Origin: Nemertoderma westbladi
Taxonomy: Eukaryota > Animalia > Xenacoelomorpha
DNA: 64,000 nucleotides
Assembly (NCBI GenBank): GCA_032718475.1
Contig: JAUCBJ010005017.1
Coordinates: forward strand, 1-64,000
Direction of reading: 5' to 3'
Shown: in pieces, positions 51,731 to 64,000 of the stretch
Layout of the letters: each line of letters starts with the position of its first letter
Position numbering within the stretch: position 1 is the stretch's first letter
Notes under the pieces: generated by a model
The model's input: the letters and a program-made list of their open reading frames with translations, nothing else
Told to the model about the DNA's origin: nothing
Databases searched by the model: none
Position numbers and translations under genes: made by a program

Positions 51731-53924
51731 TCGAGCCCCAATAGGGCCATTTTAACAAAATCATATTATAATATCATTAATTATTGCATAAAAAGGATAA
51801 ACATTTTATTAAAGCCAATAATTAATCATTCCAAACGCCGATAAGTTGACATAACAAAAGGTTAGAACTTTAGTGTCGCACGATGTTCCAAAACATAACT
51901 CTATTTCCAATATTAATATCTTTATTAGGCTATACGTCAGAGACATTCCAGAACATTAATTATTTAACATTGAGAAAGGCATCATCAGTAGTTGAAGTGT
52001 ACAGTACAATAATTCGATTAGCAGTAACTATGGTAGCAATATAGTATAGAAAAACACATAAGTTCAATGTCTTTTGTAACACTATATCTTGGAATCTTAT
52101 ATTAGAGAAAATTAAGCATAAAAAAAAGTTTCTCTTTTTTAAGCTAAAATTACGTTTGGAAAAAAGCCTTGAACATTATTTTTCACTATAATTCTCTGAA
52201 ATATTTATTAACGACGTTGGCGATTAGTAAATAAAGTACCTCTAGAATAGTGAAAAATTTATATTTTTTTCCCAAGTATTAAATAATTAATTTTAAGAAA
52301 TATAATTTGTTGTAAGTACGGTTCTAACAACTGTATAATTGGCGCGTTGCACCTTCATGTTGAACGATATACCTACTGTACAATGTCCCTAGATAGTGTC
52401 CCATTAATTAAGTTAACTATAATCTCTCAAAGGGAAAATTATCCATTATTGCCAGCAGCTGACTGGCATTATTGATTGGTTTTTGATGTGGTAAGTTTCC
52501 ACTCCACTTTCCATCCTCTGAAATAGAATTTACAATGTTTGCAATATATGAAAGGCGTCATACTGCTAAAAGGTAGATTCAAGAGCGACAAAACTGTCAG
52601 GTGGCAACTCAAAGGGAAAAATCTGTCAATATATCTATGAGCAATTTGTATTCAACGAAGTAGGCCTTGTATAATCGTGAGGGATTGAGAGATTAATTTA
52701 TTCAAGGCCTCAATTCATCTTTATGTCAATTTGCGTTGATTAGTATTCTTGACAAGACTCCAGCTGCTACTGTATCTCCGGTCATAGTCCAACAGTTTGC
52801 GCAATCAATATGACTATGACCCTGTATGATGGACCAGTGTCTCAATTCGCCTTGGTTTCAACAAAGCGAAATAGGAAATTAGTATACGCTTGTTAACTTT
52901 TTCTTTCCTACAAAATTAGTTTTGGCTGTTTCATTGATGTTTCGGTATATTATTTTCAATGAAATTCAACAAAATTTCAGTTTACCGTTACACACGCGTT
53001 ATTATTCATAAAAATATTTGATAAATTGCATACGCTCATGCTTAAGAACGGTACATGTACGGGAGTTACGTAGATCCACGTTAATCAAGATATACTGCTG
53101 TTATTTTTGGCAGGTTGACCGAGATGAAACCACGACATAGTTAACTCAACATTAATTAGAGAGAGAGCCATCTTCCTTCTATGTCCGAGATATTTTAAAT
53201 TACACTAAAGGGTACTTTGCAGCTCTTAAACTATGCAATTTTAATGTCCCAGGGGAATTCCACTAGTTTGATGCCTTGTGAGTGCTGTAGTTTGTGGCAT
53301 CGGTGAGTGTTTGTTGCCATTCCACGCAACAGGGACACGAACACAGAATAATGTAGGCCTATTCCCCAAACTCTGCTGCGGTAATGAGTCCGGCTAATTT
53401 GACAGGAAACGCCCCACCTAAAGGACCTCGGGAACTTTGCATTAGTCGCAGAGTAGATTGCAGTTTCAGGCAGGTACTCGGCAGCAGCCCAGCTTGGCGT
53501 GTTTGTAGGTTCACCTCGGATCCAAAGGTTTTCCTAAATTAATTAATCTCCCAAGAAACACACGGGCCGTGAGAGTTGGAGCATGCGTGGCAACCTTGGG
53601 GAGCAGCTCAGCTGGCTACTTATACAACCCCTTCAATGTCATTTCCTAGCAATCAATATGGAAGGCTTCTAATGTAATCCTGCAACGTAAATCTAACAAC
53701 CTGCATGGAAGAATGAATCTCACAGCCGAATACCGGCTACAGTTAACGGGGGGGGGGGGGGGGGGGGGGGATTATATGTTGAAAATGACTAACGACACAT
53801 CTTTTTTACTTCCCATAAATTAATAACGAATGTGCCGTCTATGTTTAGTAAATATCTTTTCGGCTAATTCAGGGCGAGCTCTACGTGGCTTGTAAAGTCC
53901 CACCGGTTCGGGCACACTAGGACA

Positions 53925-55080
53925 GCCAAGGATTCAGTTACGGCTCCATCTAGGTCCCATAACAGGCAGTAGTACTCGGATAATCTGAAGGAGCTTATCA
54001 ATGGGCATTGTTGATGCCATAAACAATGCCGATGACAGCAGGCAATCAGCCCAGGCATGGTAATCGATAAATTGGCTGATTGGGATGAAAAACCAACCAA
54101 CCACCAAGGTTAACGCTGAATTTCCAACTGAACGCCTCAATAATGGTTTGAAGGCATCTTAACAATGACCTGGTATTGCCTGATAACTTTGTGGTATACT
54201 GTACTTCGTGTCTGAGTCTGTGCTCACAGATATCCTCTTTGGTGACATTTCCTTTGCTGAAATCAAGACCAATTGTTCCAGAGTGGAGTATTGTGTTTCC
54301 CCTGATGTCTTAAATTTCCTGAGTGTTTGGATCTCATTTATCCCATAATCGTGAGCATGGATAGGACAAAGAGTGTCCCTCAAGAAGTGAAAACAAAGAA
54401 GTTGGTGCCAGTTCCCAAGAAGGGTATCCTAACACTATGGTTCTTTTCGGGGAATCTAATTGATCTCATTGATCTCGATTGCTGCAGAGTCATACAATAG
54501 AATTATATTAAATAGCATCAGGGATCCCTTTGATAAATTTTTACACCAAAATGGGTTCCGTAAAGATCATGGGACCGCGGAGCCAATTCTGGGGCTTAGA
54601 AGGAAATTTGTAAAGACGGAAACTTGGAAAGACAGACGTCTGGCTATTATCTTTCTTAACTTCTTTAAGGCCATCGATTCAGTCTCTCCCAACAACGTAC
54701 GTTCAGCAAACTTGCAGGGTTCCTGAGGAAAATATTGCTTCTATCAGATCACTGTACGATAGTTCAAATAATTTGTGTCTATTGTTATGGTGACACGAAT
54801 CTGATGGGGAGTCCTTCAGGGAGACATACTTGTATCCTTCATGTTCATAATTGTGGTTGATAATTTTCTACGATTGTCCTTAGACCATCTTAATCAAGCT
54901 TACCGATATAGACTTTGCTGATGAAGTAGGAGTGCTGGTGGAATCACCGGGGGGATCCGGAAGTCAGGTGGTGAAGACCCTGGGATACGAAAGGGATAAG
55001 CATGGCCAGCATTGAATAATCTGTCTAGGATTTAGAAGTCCCTGATAATAAAACGGAATCTCATGCTTTGCAATTTCTTC
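53925..55080 (+). mobile_element. Older, deleted copy of the LINE family at 1-4380
   Basis: Colinear similarity to the reverse complement of ~400-2930 (ISLISIAA..NRIILN..QNGFRK; GVLQGD; DFAD) without the piggyBac MITE. Confidence 0.82.
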
Positions 55081-56248
55081 CAACTTACCGGCCCCCGGCA
55101 GCTGCCCCTGTTGATCCCCCCCCCCCCCCCCCCCAATAATCCGTCCCTGAGCATCTTCAACATCAATATAACAATCAAGATCACGCCCTTCACATCAGAA
55201 CGTTGCCGTAACTCATCGATGGTGGGTGGCCGAGGGTGAACTGCCTGAATCACTTTAAAAATTAAATTACGGACTGTTGAAATTCTGTGCAAAAATTTCT
55301 ACTTTAATACTTATTTTTGAACATCACAAAATACGCAAATAAATCAATTAATACCAATATAATTAAAGCAAATAGCAATATGTGAAATAAATTAATGATT
55401 TATTAAAATAATGTTCAAAATATTGGGATGTTTGATTGTTTTGAATTTATAAACGGAATAATTCAGAATTAATTGTAATTTACGCAATAATCAATATCAT
55501 AAAAAACACCGTGAAGGAAAATTGTGTCGGAGGCCTTCACTAGGCCTTCACTACATTATAGTTACATCTTGTTGAAGGGATACACTGACATTTTATACTC
55601 TTTTTCTAATAAACTAGCCTACTGTAGACACTCGTGCAGTACGCACTACGCGCTTATACTGTACTGTACCTCATACTGTACAGTGTACAGTAGTATAAAA
55701 ATCATAATTTTATTACCAGTTATTTAAAATGTATTGTTTAAATTATTACAAAAAGGAATCAAATTAAATTCTACGAATACATTATAACAGATAACGTACA
55801 GTTGACCTACTGTACATGACTAATGGTTAACAGACTACAGCGCAATGATTAACCGAAACCACAGTTTGGAAATAACAGTTATTTGGGCCTATAAATTTTC
55901 ATTCATAAATAATAGACAACTTGGTGTTAATTGCAAATAAGTTAGTTAAAAAAAAAACGTTGTTTTTTAAAGAATTAATTTCTGTTAGCAAAAGTTATAT
56001 AAAAATGTGAATATTTATATAGCTTTTGCTAACGGAAATTATGCTTTAAATAACTGTTTTTTTTAAAAAACGTTATCAAAAATTTTCAAAATTATATAAC
56101 ATTTTGTAAAAGTTGTTTGAAAATTCAAAAAACCAACATATCAAATTACAAAGACATCCGATGTTATTATTGTCATCCTAATTATGTATTCTAGAATATT
56201 TCCAAACACAATAAACTATAATAACTAATTAACTTTTACTAATTCTTA

Positions 56249-56478
56249 AGGCCATGATACACCACAGGAGCGGCGAGCGGCAGCGGCGGGCGGCCGCGGC
56301 GAGCGGCCGTTGTGAGCGGCGACTTTTAGTATGATACACTATAGGAGCGGCGAGCGGCAGCAGCCATTTGTGGTGTATCATCACCCATAGAAAATAATGT
56401 GTTCTATTTTTATAAAGTGGCCGCTTGCTGCGGCCGCTCGCCGCTGCCGCTCGCCGCTCCTGTGGTGTATCATGGCCT
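56249..56478. mobile_element. PIF/Harbinger-like MITE
   Basis: ~40-bp TIR AGGCCATGATACACCACAGGAGCGGCGAGCGGCAGCGGCG; TTA on both sides. Related fragments at ~38045-38230 and ~45545-45597. Confidence 0.8.
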
Positions 56479-57764
56479 TTATATAAGTTGTACAAATTTT
56501 TGTACAACTTTTAATACATGTTTGGTAAATTTATATAGAAATTTTGCTAACGAAAATTGCGCAGAAACAAATGTGCGTTAACTTTCAGCGAATTTTATTT
56601 CAAATACCTTCAAATTTACTGCAATATTTCTATGTATTACACTAATAGGATTGCACCTTGCCGCAGCATTACTTATTGCACCAGATATAAACATAATATT
56701 AAAAACTACTTTACATTAAATACAACTAATAATGTTCCGTGAATAAAATTAAACGCCAAAAAATTATCAAATGCAAAAATCTACATAGTAAATGTGAAAC
56801 ACCAATAACACGGTTTGAATCTTCGATCATCTCGCGTTTCCAATGACTAATGAAATATATTTATATACATGAGACCAGAGAATAATCAACCAGCGACAAG
56901 TAATAATTATATTACAGAAGTAAGCGGTACCCATAGGGCATAACTATATAAAAAAGTTAACATTTTACATCCTCGTGTGGAAATAAGCACTTTTCCGCTT
57001 GTTTAGGTAATTTAACTCAAGCATAGCATATAGTACTGTAAGGTACTACTGTATAATGATCATGAGCTCCCGTTTATACAAAATCCATACTGTCTTGGTT
57101 GCAACATTATAATAACAATTGAATGCTGTAGTTGCTCAACTTTCAATCAAATACAGTAATATGGATATTAATAGGTACAGAGATACAGTATGATATCTAC
57201 GGACGGATTTGTTAACAACTTCAGATATTATTTCTAGCATCTCTGGCGATGGAAGACTTTCGAAACAGGAAGTCAACCATCAACAGCCTTCATTATTGTT
57301 GTCAAGTAATCCAGAAAATTAAATATAAAGCAACATATTGCGTTGTGTATAAAGTGTCATTATGTCACTTCGCTTGGTGCCTCGCTGCAATATTCCACTC
57401 ACTCGCTTCGCACATTCGTGTAAAATTCTCTCTCGGGAACAGAACAGAGTGCCATAAAATCAGACTTAAGAAACAATATAATAAATAACAAATAGTTAAT
57501 TATTATTCCACAACAATAATTATTATTCTTCTCTACGGAGGAAATTATATCTTAAAATATAATATTATTAAAAAAAACCATTTCAAAAGATAAACAAAAA
57601 AGAAGAAAGACATAATGATATCCATACAGATTTCAAACAGGAGTTATAGTACCTATTTATATATGTAAAATCATGGGGAATTAATAATTATTTTCATGAG
57701 CGGATGGCAATATTTATTAATTAAATGTAATAATTAAGGAATATTTATAAATAATCATTGCCTA

Positions 57765-58449
57765 TTAAACTTCAGTCGAATCGTTACGCTTGCGGTCCCT
57801 TTTTCGCGCGTAAATGTCGTACATCTGGGACAGGAGTTCGGAAACCACAACGTCGTTGCTGTTTTTACTCACCATCCGGAGGGTGAAGATACCGTCGTTC
57901 CTAAGGAACTCGGCGATAAAGTGATCGAGGAGTTTGCGTTCCCTTCGGTATCCCGCGCGTCCGTGACTCAACTGCAGCATCCCAGTGATGTAGCTGTACC
58001 GGTTACCGAAGCAGACGATAACCCAAACCCACCAGCACAGACTGTAGATGGTGCAGACAGCGACAAGGGCCAACCAGAACCACATGAAAAGGTAGATCTT
58101 CTCGTTGAAAAGGTTAATAGGGAGAACGCATTGCACGGACCATGGTTGGATGTTCCATGCTTGGAGCGTGTTGTAGTCGCACATAGTGATGCGAGGGAAG
58201 CGACGCGATGCCGTCCAATCGTGACCCTCGATGAGCGATAGAAGAACCTCGAGACCGTAGATGGTGTAGTTGGTGCCTAGGAACGCGTTCAGCAGGAACA
58301 TCTGACTGACGCAGTTCCCGATGTATAAGAGTTTCGTGATGAGATATATGGGCACCAGGAAGTTGCCGTAGCGACGTTGACAGGTAAACCAAAAACATTT
58401 ATTGGCACACCAGTTCTTGCAGCCGCCACAACATTCGTCTTTGGAATTT
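57765..58449 (-). CDS. inx: Innexin, coding exon 2
   Basis: TTGCAG acceptor; YGNFLVPIYLITKLLY..FPRITMCD..VQCVLPINLFNEKIYLFMWFW..FLRNDGIFTLRMV; C-terminal STEV*. Confidence 0.93.
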
Positions 58450-59348
58450 CTGCAAGGAAATAATATCATTATAATTCTGTGTAGTAGGATTACAAACAAA
58501 TAACACACACAACGGATTATATACTACTGTACTTATTCATGTAATAATAATTAATCATATTTATTGTGTTTTATTGATAAATTGAAACATACAATAGCTA
58601 CAGTATTTTTGATTGAAAGCTGTCTTTTCAGCTTTTTATGCTTTTTGTGCTTATTAAAGTAAACCCAGTAGTAACCATGTTTAGTACAGGGTTATGTTAC
58701 AATCTAATGTTAGTCCATGCTGGGCTCTAACTGCAGAGGATACCTAATCTTTGGATGGTACTTATACAAGAATGCTATGCCGGTTGTGGCGGTGCAATTT
58801 TGTCGACAAGCCGGCACAACATTTTTATGTAATATATATTATAACGCAGCTACAATGCAGCCTGCCGATAGTAGTAGTGGTAGTAGGTTACAGTGAAAAA
58901 TCGAAGGTGTTACTTGTGAAAATAATGTAATTTAATAATAGTCTACTGATTTTTGTTTTATTCATAATAAATTGTTTTATGCAATAAGTGTTGCTAATTA
59001 AAAAGATATGCGGGGGTTCAACTTACAAACAGAAACAAGTAAGATCAAGTATAATTGTTTGAGCTTTACATACACGGATTTTCAAATGTATATAGCAAAA
59101 TATATCTGTCTAGTGTCTAGCCTTTATCATATTTATCACCTACTTATCTTTTCAAAGCAATCTATAATTAATTATCACATCACCTTATATCTTTCAAGTT
59201 ACTCTAGAATTTATTATCACCTAACCTATTTTTGTCTGTCAAATTTCTCAAACCATCATAATACCAATGTGATAATACAAGCAAAGCAAATTTATTGAAT
59301 GCTCGCCTATTTCTCTCCAAGCACCCAAATAACTAATTATCACCTCAC

Positions 59349-59875
59349 CTATATCTGTCCAGGCAATGTTCCAAATGTCTGGCGCAATATTCCAGTCGCT
59401 CTTTCCGCTCTGCTGGCTCGCAGAACTGCAACGCCGTCATGAGGGAGACGAGACGCTGTAGACTGATCCCGGAGCGCTCGTTCAACATCCGCCAAAGGAA
59501 GCTGGGTGTGACGAACATGAGGGCCTGAAGGAGAAGCATTATTGGGACCCACTGGTAGTAGGTGATCTCTAGGGTTCGCTTCTCGGAGCGGCTGGGCGGG
59601 TAGGCCACATAGACCCCCTCCTTTTCGAGAGGGACGTAGTAGGTGTTCCGAATCCAGCAGTAGTTGTTCACGTAAGTCTGCCAGGAATCGTGGTACTGCT
59701 TCGGCGTAAAGCAGATGATTGGCGTCCCTACAAACTGCTTCATGCTGACGATGAAGCAGAAAGCGACCAGAACACCGGATGTATAGATATAGTTGAGACG
59801 GTCAGCCATGTCGTCATCATTCTTTCGTTTTATCTGGAGGAACTTAGCGGAACGAAACAAAAGTCGATCCAACAT
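59349..59875 (-). CDS. inx: Innexin, coding exon 1 (403 aa in total with exon 2)
   Basis: DDDMADRLNY..KQFVGTPIICFTP..YVNNYCWIRNTYY..YYQWVPIMLLLQA; GTGAGG donor at 59348; phase 2 matches exon 2. Confidence 0.93.
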
Positions 59876-59901
59876 GTTGGCTGTCTTCTACGTTTTTACG
59901 T

Positions 59902-60153
59902 TAGGTAGTTACCGCGTCTACACGCAATCCTTCCGCTACCTTGTAGGTAGTTACCGCGTCTACACGCAATCCTTCCGCTACCTTGTAGGTAGTTACCGCG
60001 TCTACACGCAATCCTTCCGCTACCTTGTAGGTAGTTACCGCGTCTACACGCAATCCTTCCGCTACCTTGTAGGTAGTTACCGCGTCTACACGCAATCCTT
60101 CCGCTACCTTGTAGGTAGTTACCGCGTCTACACGCAATCCTTCCGCTACCTTG
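59902..60153. repeat. Six perfect 42-bp tandem repeats just upstream of the innexin ATG
   Basis: TAGGTAGTTACCGCGTCTACACGCAATCCTTCCGCTACCTTG x6. Confidence 0.97.
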
Positions 60154-60699
60154 TGTGAGATATTGCGACTGGCATCATCGTATATTTATTAGCGAATTAA
60201 TATTTAGCAGATTGGCCCCGAGTTTTATGAGTCTTATTTTTGTATATTATTTTCTCACGCAGGAGCATCCTGAAAATAAAATCGAAAATGTGTCGATTTC
60301 AAATATGTATAAGGTCGAAGGTCCAAAGCAAAACCAAAACAAATTACAGTTACTGTACGTAAATGGAAGAAATACTGTATATCTACTGCAACTAAATATC
60401 CAACTTCTTAACTTATGTCATGAGATTAAAATTGTATTAAATTACCATCATTGTTTTGAAGATGAGTGAATGAAGTTAGCTTACTGTATCTTTGAACATT
60501 ATTGGGGCGAATTTTCGAATAATCTTTTAACTTGAGTTTGTGAAATTGTGTGTAAATGTAGGAAGTAAACCAAAATAAAATTTATTAAATTATTTAATTA
60601 ATAACCAGTTTAATAAATTAAACTCAAAGACTAATATTACAAAAGCCATTTTGTTATTAACAAAACAATGACCACATTAAACCCATATTACAGTAGCTA

Positions 60700-61518
60700 T
60701 ATGGGGCGCCGTGGGCTTCAAAAATATGAAAATGTCGGCGACTGGTTCAGTCAGATTCTTGGCGACTGGTTCAGATTCTCGGCGACTGGTTTAGATTCTC
60801 GGCGACTGGTTTAGATTTCGGCCTAGATTTCGGCCAAGATTTCGGCTTAGATTTCGGCCAAGAATTCGGCTTAGATTTCGGCCAAGATTTCGGCCAAGAT
60901 TTCGGCCAAGATTTCGGCTTAGATTTCGGCCAAGATTTCGGCTTATATTTCGGCCAAGATTTCGGCTTATATTTCGGCCAAGATTTCGGCTAAGAATCTT
61001 GGCCGAAATCTAAGCCGAAATCTTCACCATTCAATCCAGAGAGGTAGGCCTATATGCCATAGGTAACTCCTAACTGTATGTCAGTACTTTTTGTCATAGA
61101 GTATCTACACACTATGGTACTGCGGTTACCGTAGTACTGTACTGGCAGACTGGTAACAGAGAAACACAGACTGACAAGAAAGTCTCGTTATTGAAATTTT
61201 CGGCTAAGATTTCGGCCAAGATTTCGGCTTAGATTTCGGCTTAGATTTCGGCCAAGATTTCGGCCAAGATTTCGGCTTAGATTTCGGCTTAGATTTCGGC
61301 CAAGATTTCGGCCAAGATTTCGGCTTAGATTTCGGCTTAGATTTCGGCTTAGATTTCGGCCTAGATTCGTAGCCGAAATCTTGGCCGAAATCTAAGCCGA
61401 AATCTTGGCCGAAATTTAGGCCGAAATCTAAACCAGTCGCCGAGAATCTAAACCAGTCGCCGAGAATCTGAACCAGTCGCCGACATTTTCATATTTTTGA
61501 AGCCCACGGCGCCCCATA
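60700..61518. mobile_element. MITE with long TIRs and internal 12-bp AGATTTCGGCYW arrays
   Basis: TATGGGGCGCCGTGGGCTTCAAAAATATGAAAATGTCGGCGACTGG at both ends in inverted orientation, flanked by TA. Confidence 0.85.
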
Positions 61519-64000
61519 TACATAGCTAGCCTCCTATTGCCTACTATACTAGTTGCTAGCTACTGTAGTAGCTACTGTAGTAGTAGCTGCAGCAGAGGAA
61601 GGTCAGACAGAGAGGGACTAGTGCGGAAATGGCAATCAAATGAGTCTCAAGCGCCAAACATTGCTCCACTCGCAGCCAATTATATGATAAATTTAACATA
61701 ACTGCCTACTTTAATATGTAAATTACCAAATTTCAATATAAATTAGGTACACCTCTGTGATGGATATTTAATCAAATATAGTTCAGTAACTGGTCTCCCA
61801 TCGGTAATGGGATTTTCATTCTGGCACACATCCTGTGTCACTGCTTTGATCAGAACAGGGAATAAAGAAATATCCTGCTGTACAATTTCCGGAGGCCTCG
61901 CTGGAATAGTTGTGAGGAAACCGGCGATGTACACAACTAAACTGTTGTAGGCCATCGACGCATGTTGCCTTGACAATAAATTAAATAATTGATTAACTGT
62001 TTGCTATTGTTTGCAATTCTAGTGGGAATTAGTTTGGCCATTAAGTGTACAGTGGAAGGCTTAATCAAACATTGGGAGCAACATATCTGTGAATGGTTTT
62101 AGGGGCTTTTATTAGTTTAATAGGGAAAAAAGCATCAAATTCGTTGAGCAAGTTGTTCTCTTTCTCAATAGAATGAATAATTTTTGTTCAATTATTATAA
62201 TCACCAATGAAAAAGTTGAAACATCACGCGAAAGTGTTGGTGTAAACACTACGCCGACAGCCGGAGAGCAGATAATAGACAGCAACAACCGAAACTTTAA
62301 GGGAAAAAGAGTAGTGGCAGTGGTAGATTACAGTAAGTTGTGCTATCCAAAACAATAAACGAGAGTCATGAATGCATGTACCTGTCGGTTGTCTGCTATC
62401 GGTTGTCGGAGTATCATTTACACCCCAATAGAGCAATGAAAATGTACACGATACATAACTATACGATATACAGTACAGTGGTTCACAGCAGTGTCATTTG
62501 AATACATCAGAATACTGCATGGGCCTGAATTTACGTTGTGTTAATATTATCATTAACAACATACATACAGTATTATAACAACATTTTTACCTTGTCTTGG
62601 GGAGAATCCTTCGCCTAAACCTACACCTACTGTACTGTACATGTATTGTAAGCCAGTAGGCTATGCATCTGGCTGGTGATTCTTTCAATGCTGACACTCA
62701 TTACAGTATTATTAGCAAATAAAGTAGGCCTACAGTATCATTTGTTTTGTAATGAAATTAATTACGTTAAAATACATACAGTATTACAAATACTATAAAT
62801 TTTAGAATAACTACCACCTGGAATCATAATGTTATTACAGTACAGTACAGTATATCCCCAACCTTATACAGAAACTTGCCCTACATGTAGTAAAGATCAT
62901 TTAGAAATCTATAAAACTATCCTGCCCAGCAACCATTTATTAAAGACCTGAATTCTATCAGTACCGGTACCGGTCGGTACGGAATATAACGATCTATAAA
63001 ATTATACGGCAGTGCATCATCAATGCAGTAGATAGGGTCTACTGTATGTTTACAGTTTCAGTTTGAAGGTTTAATAATACACAATACAGTACTTTTATAC
63101 TTTGAATTTCATTTTATAAATGTAAAATAATTATTTAAGCAAAGTAATTTGACTCCTGCATGTGATAATCAAAGAATAGGTTGGTTATATGCAGTGCTGA
63201 ATAATGCTGTTCTGTAATTAATTATCTTGTAGAGGCAAAGCTCGGCCAGGCCTTCATTTTGTTCCCTTAACAAACCCGATTGATTGATTTACAATTCGGC
63301 AGGTACCAAGGCGTGCTAGGAGAATATCCCTCGGGTAGTACAGAGTAGGGCCTATGCGTTTATCCATGCGGGTGACAGCGCCAAGGACATTACTATTAAC
63401 CACACAAACCTTTCACTTGAACGGTGCCAATAATCCATTATCTCAAAAAAACGGTAAATAATGTGAGTGGCTTCTGGAGGTTAGGCTAACATTAAATGAG
63501 TTTACAGAAATGTGACACTCTTCCCGGCGGTCGATTAGGCATCAGCAATTTACACAACAAATATTATTATGTTATTGTTCTACAGTATCTGTATATTAAT
63601 ATTTTTTTTTAGAGGGGGGGGGGGGGGGGGGGGGGGGCTGGGTGGTGGGGAAAAAAAGAGTAAATAGAGCAGGCCCGTATGGTGACCATAATATCTGGGG
63701 TGGGGGGGCAGAGGCCAAATCTGGGGTGGGGGGGGGGGGGGGAAACCCATTACTGGGTTTGGGGGGCATATAGCAAAGTGGAAGTTAATTTAGTACATAA
63801 AGTAAAATCAATATTGTTGAAGAATGTGTGGGGCGAGCCACGAAGTTGACGGAGCCTTGGCGAACTAACACTCTGTTAAGTGAGTGGGTCAATAATAGCA
63901 AATAGTTGTTGTCTTTACGATTTTGACATGCCAATAAATTTGTCCGATTTAATTAAAGCTGTCGAGTTGACAATTTGTAGGAATAAATAAGTCCAAAAGT

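Larger units (their letters stand above)
50429..51748. repeat. Retrozyme-like array of 368-369-bp monomers: an inverted partial copy followed by a direct array
   Basis: 51001-51369 and 51370-51748 are near-identical. 50429-50630 is an inverted partial copy. 50630-50678 is the start of the direct array, cut off by a 322-bp insertion. Confidence 0.92.

Noticed and set aside
50450-51764. Repeated small ORFs (MIMLSIAKNINRPYWG...)
   Set aside because: They are antisense translations of the ribozyme repeat with no recognisable domain.
59902-60153. CRISPR array, or coding repeat ORFs 59793-60158 and 59901-60137
   Set aside because: No spacers; the ORFs stay open only because the 42-bp unit is a multiple of three.

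Overview
This is AT-rich, repeat-dense animal genomic DNA, probably from a lophotrochozoan invertebrate (GT-AG introns, an innexin with the YYQW motif). Three host genes are visible. (1) The first three coding exons of a mitochondrial aldehyde dehydrogenase (ALDH2-like, minus strand), which continues beyond the left edge. (2) An intronless casein kinase I gamma-like gene with a Cys-rich insertion. (3) A two-exon innexin. Most of the rest is nested mobile DNA with boundaries fixed by TIRs/TSDs: RTE/RTEX-like LINEs, a tRNA-derived SINE, piggyBac-, hAT-, Mutator-, Harbinger- and P-like MITEs, two solo LTRs and a 32-bp satellite. A 17.1-kb BEL/Pao LTR retrotransposon sits inside a P-like element. 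The most notable signals are: a ~369-bp tandem array (50429-51748) whose monomer carries a complete type I hammerhead ribozyme bracketed by Pol III A/B-box-like motifs (retrozyme-like), just downstream of the CK1 gene; two extra ORFs (one with three CCHC-type knuckles) between pol and the 3' LTR of the BEL element; a TGA-CAACCA (CARYYA) readthrough context at its gag-pol junction; and a 211-bp target duplication around an RTE inserted in a solo LTR. All family calls come from motif recognition by eye; no database search was run.
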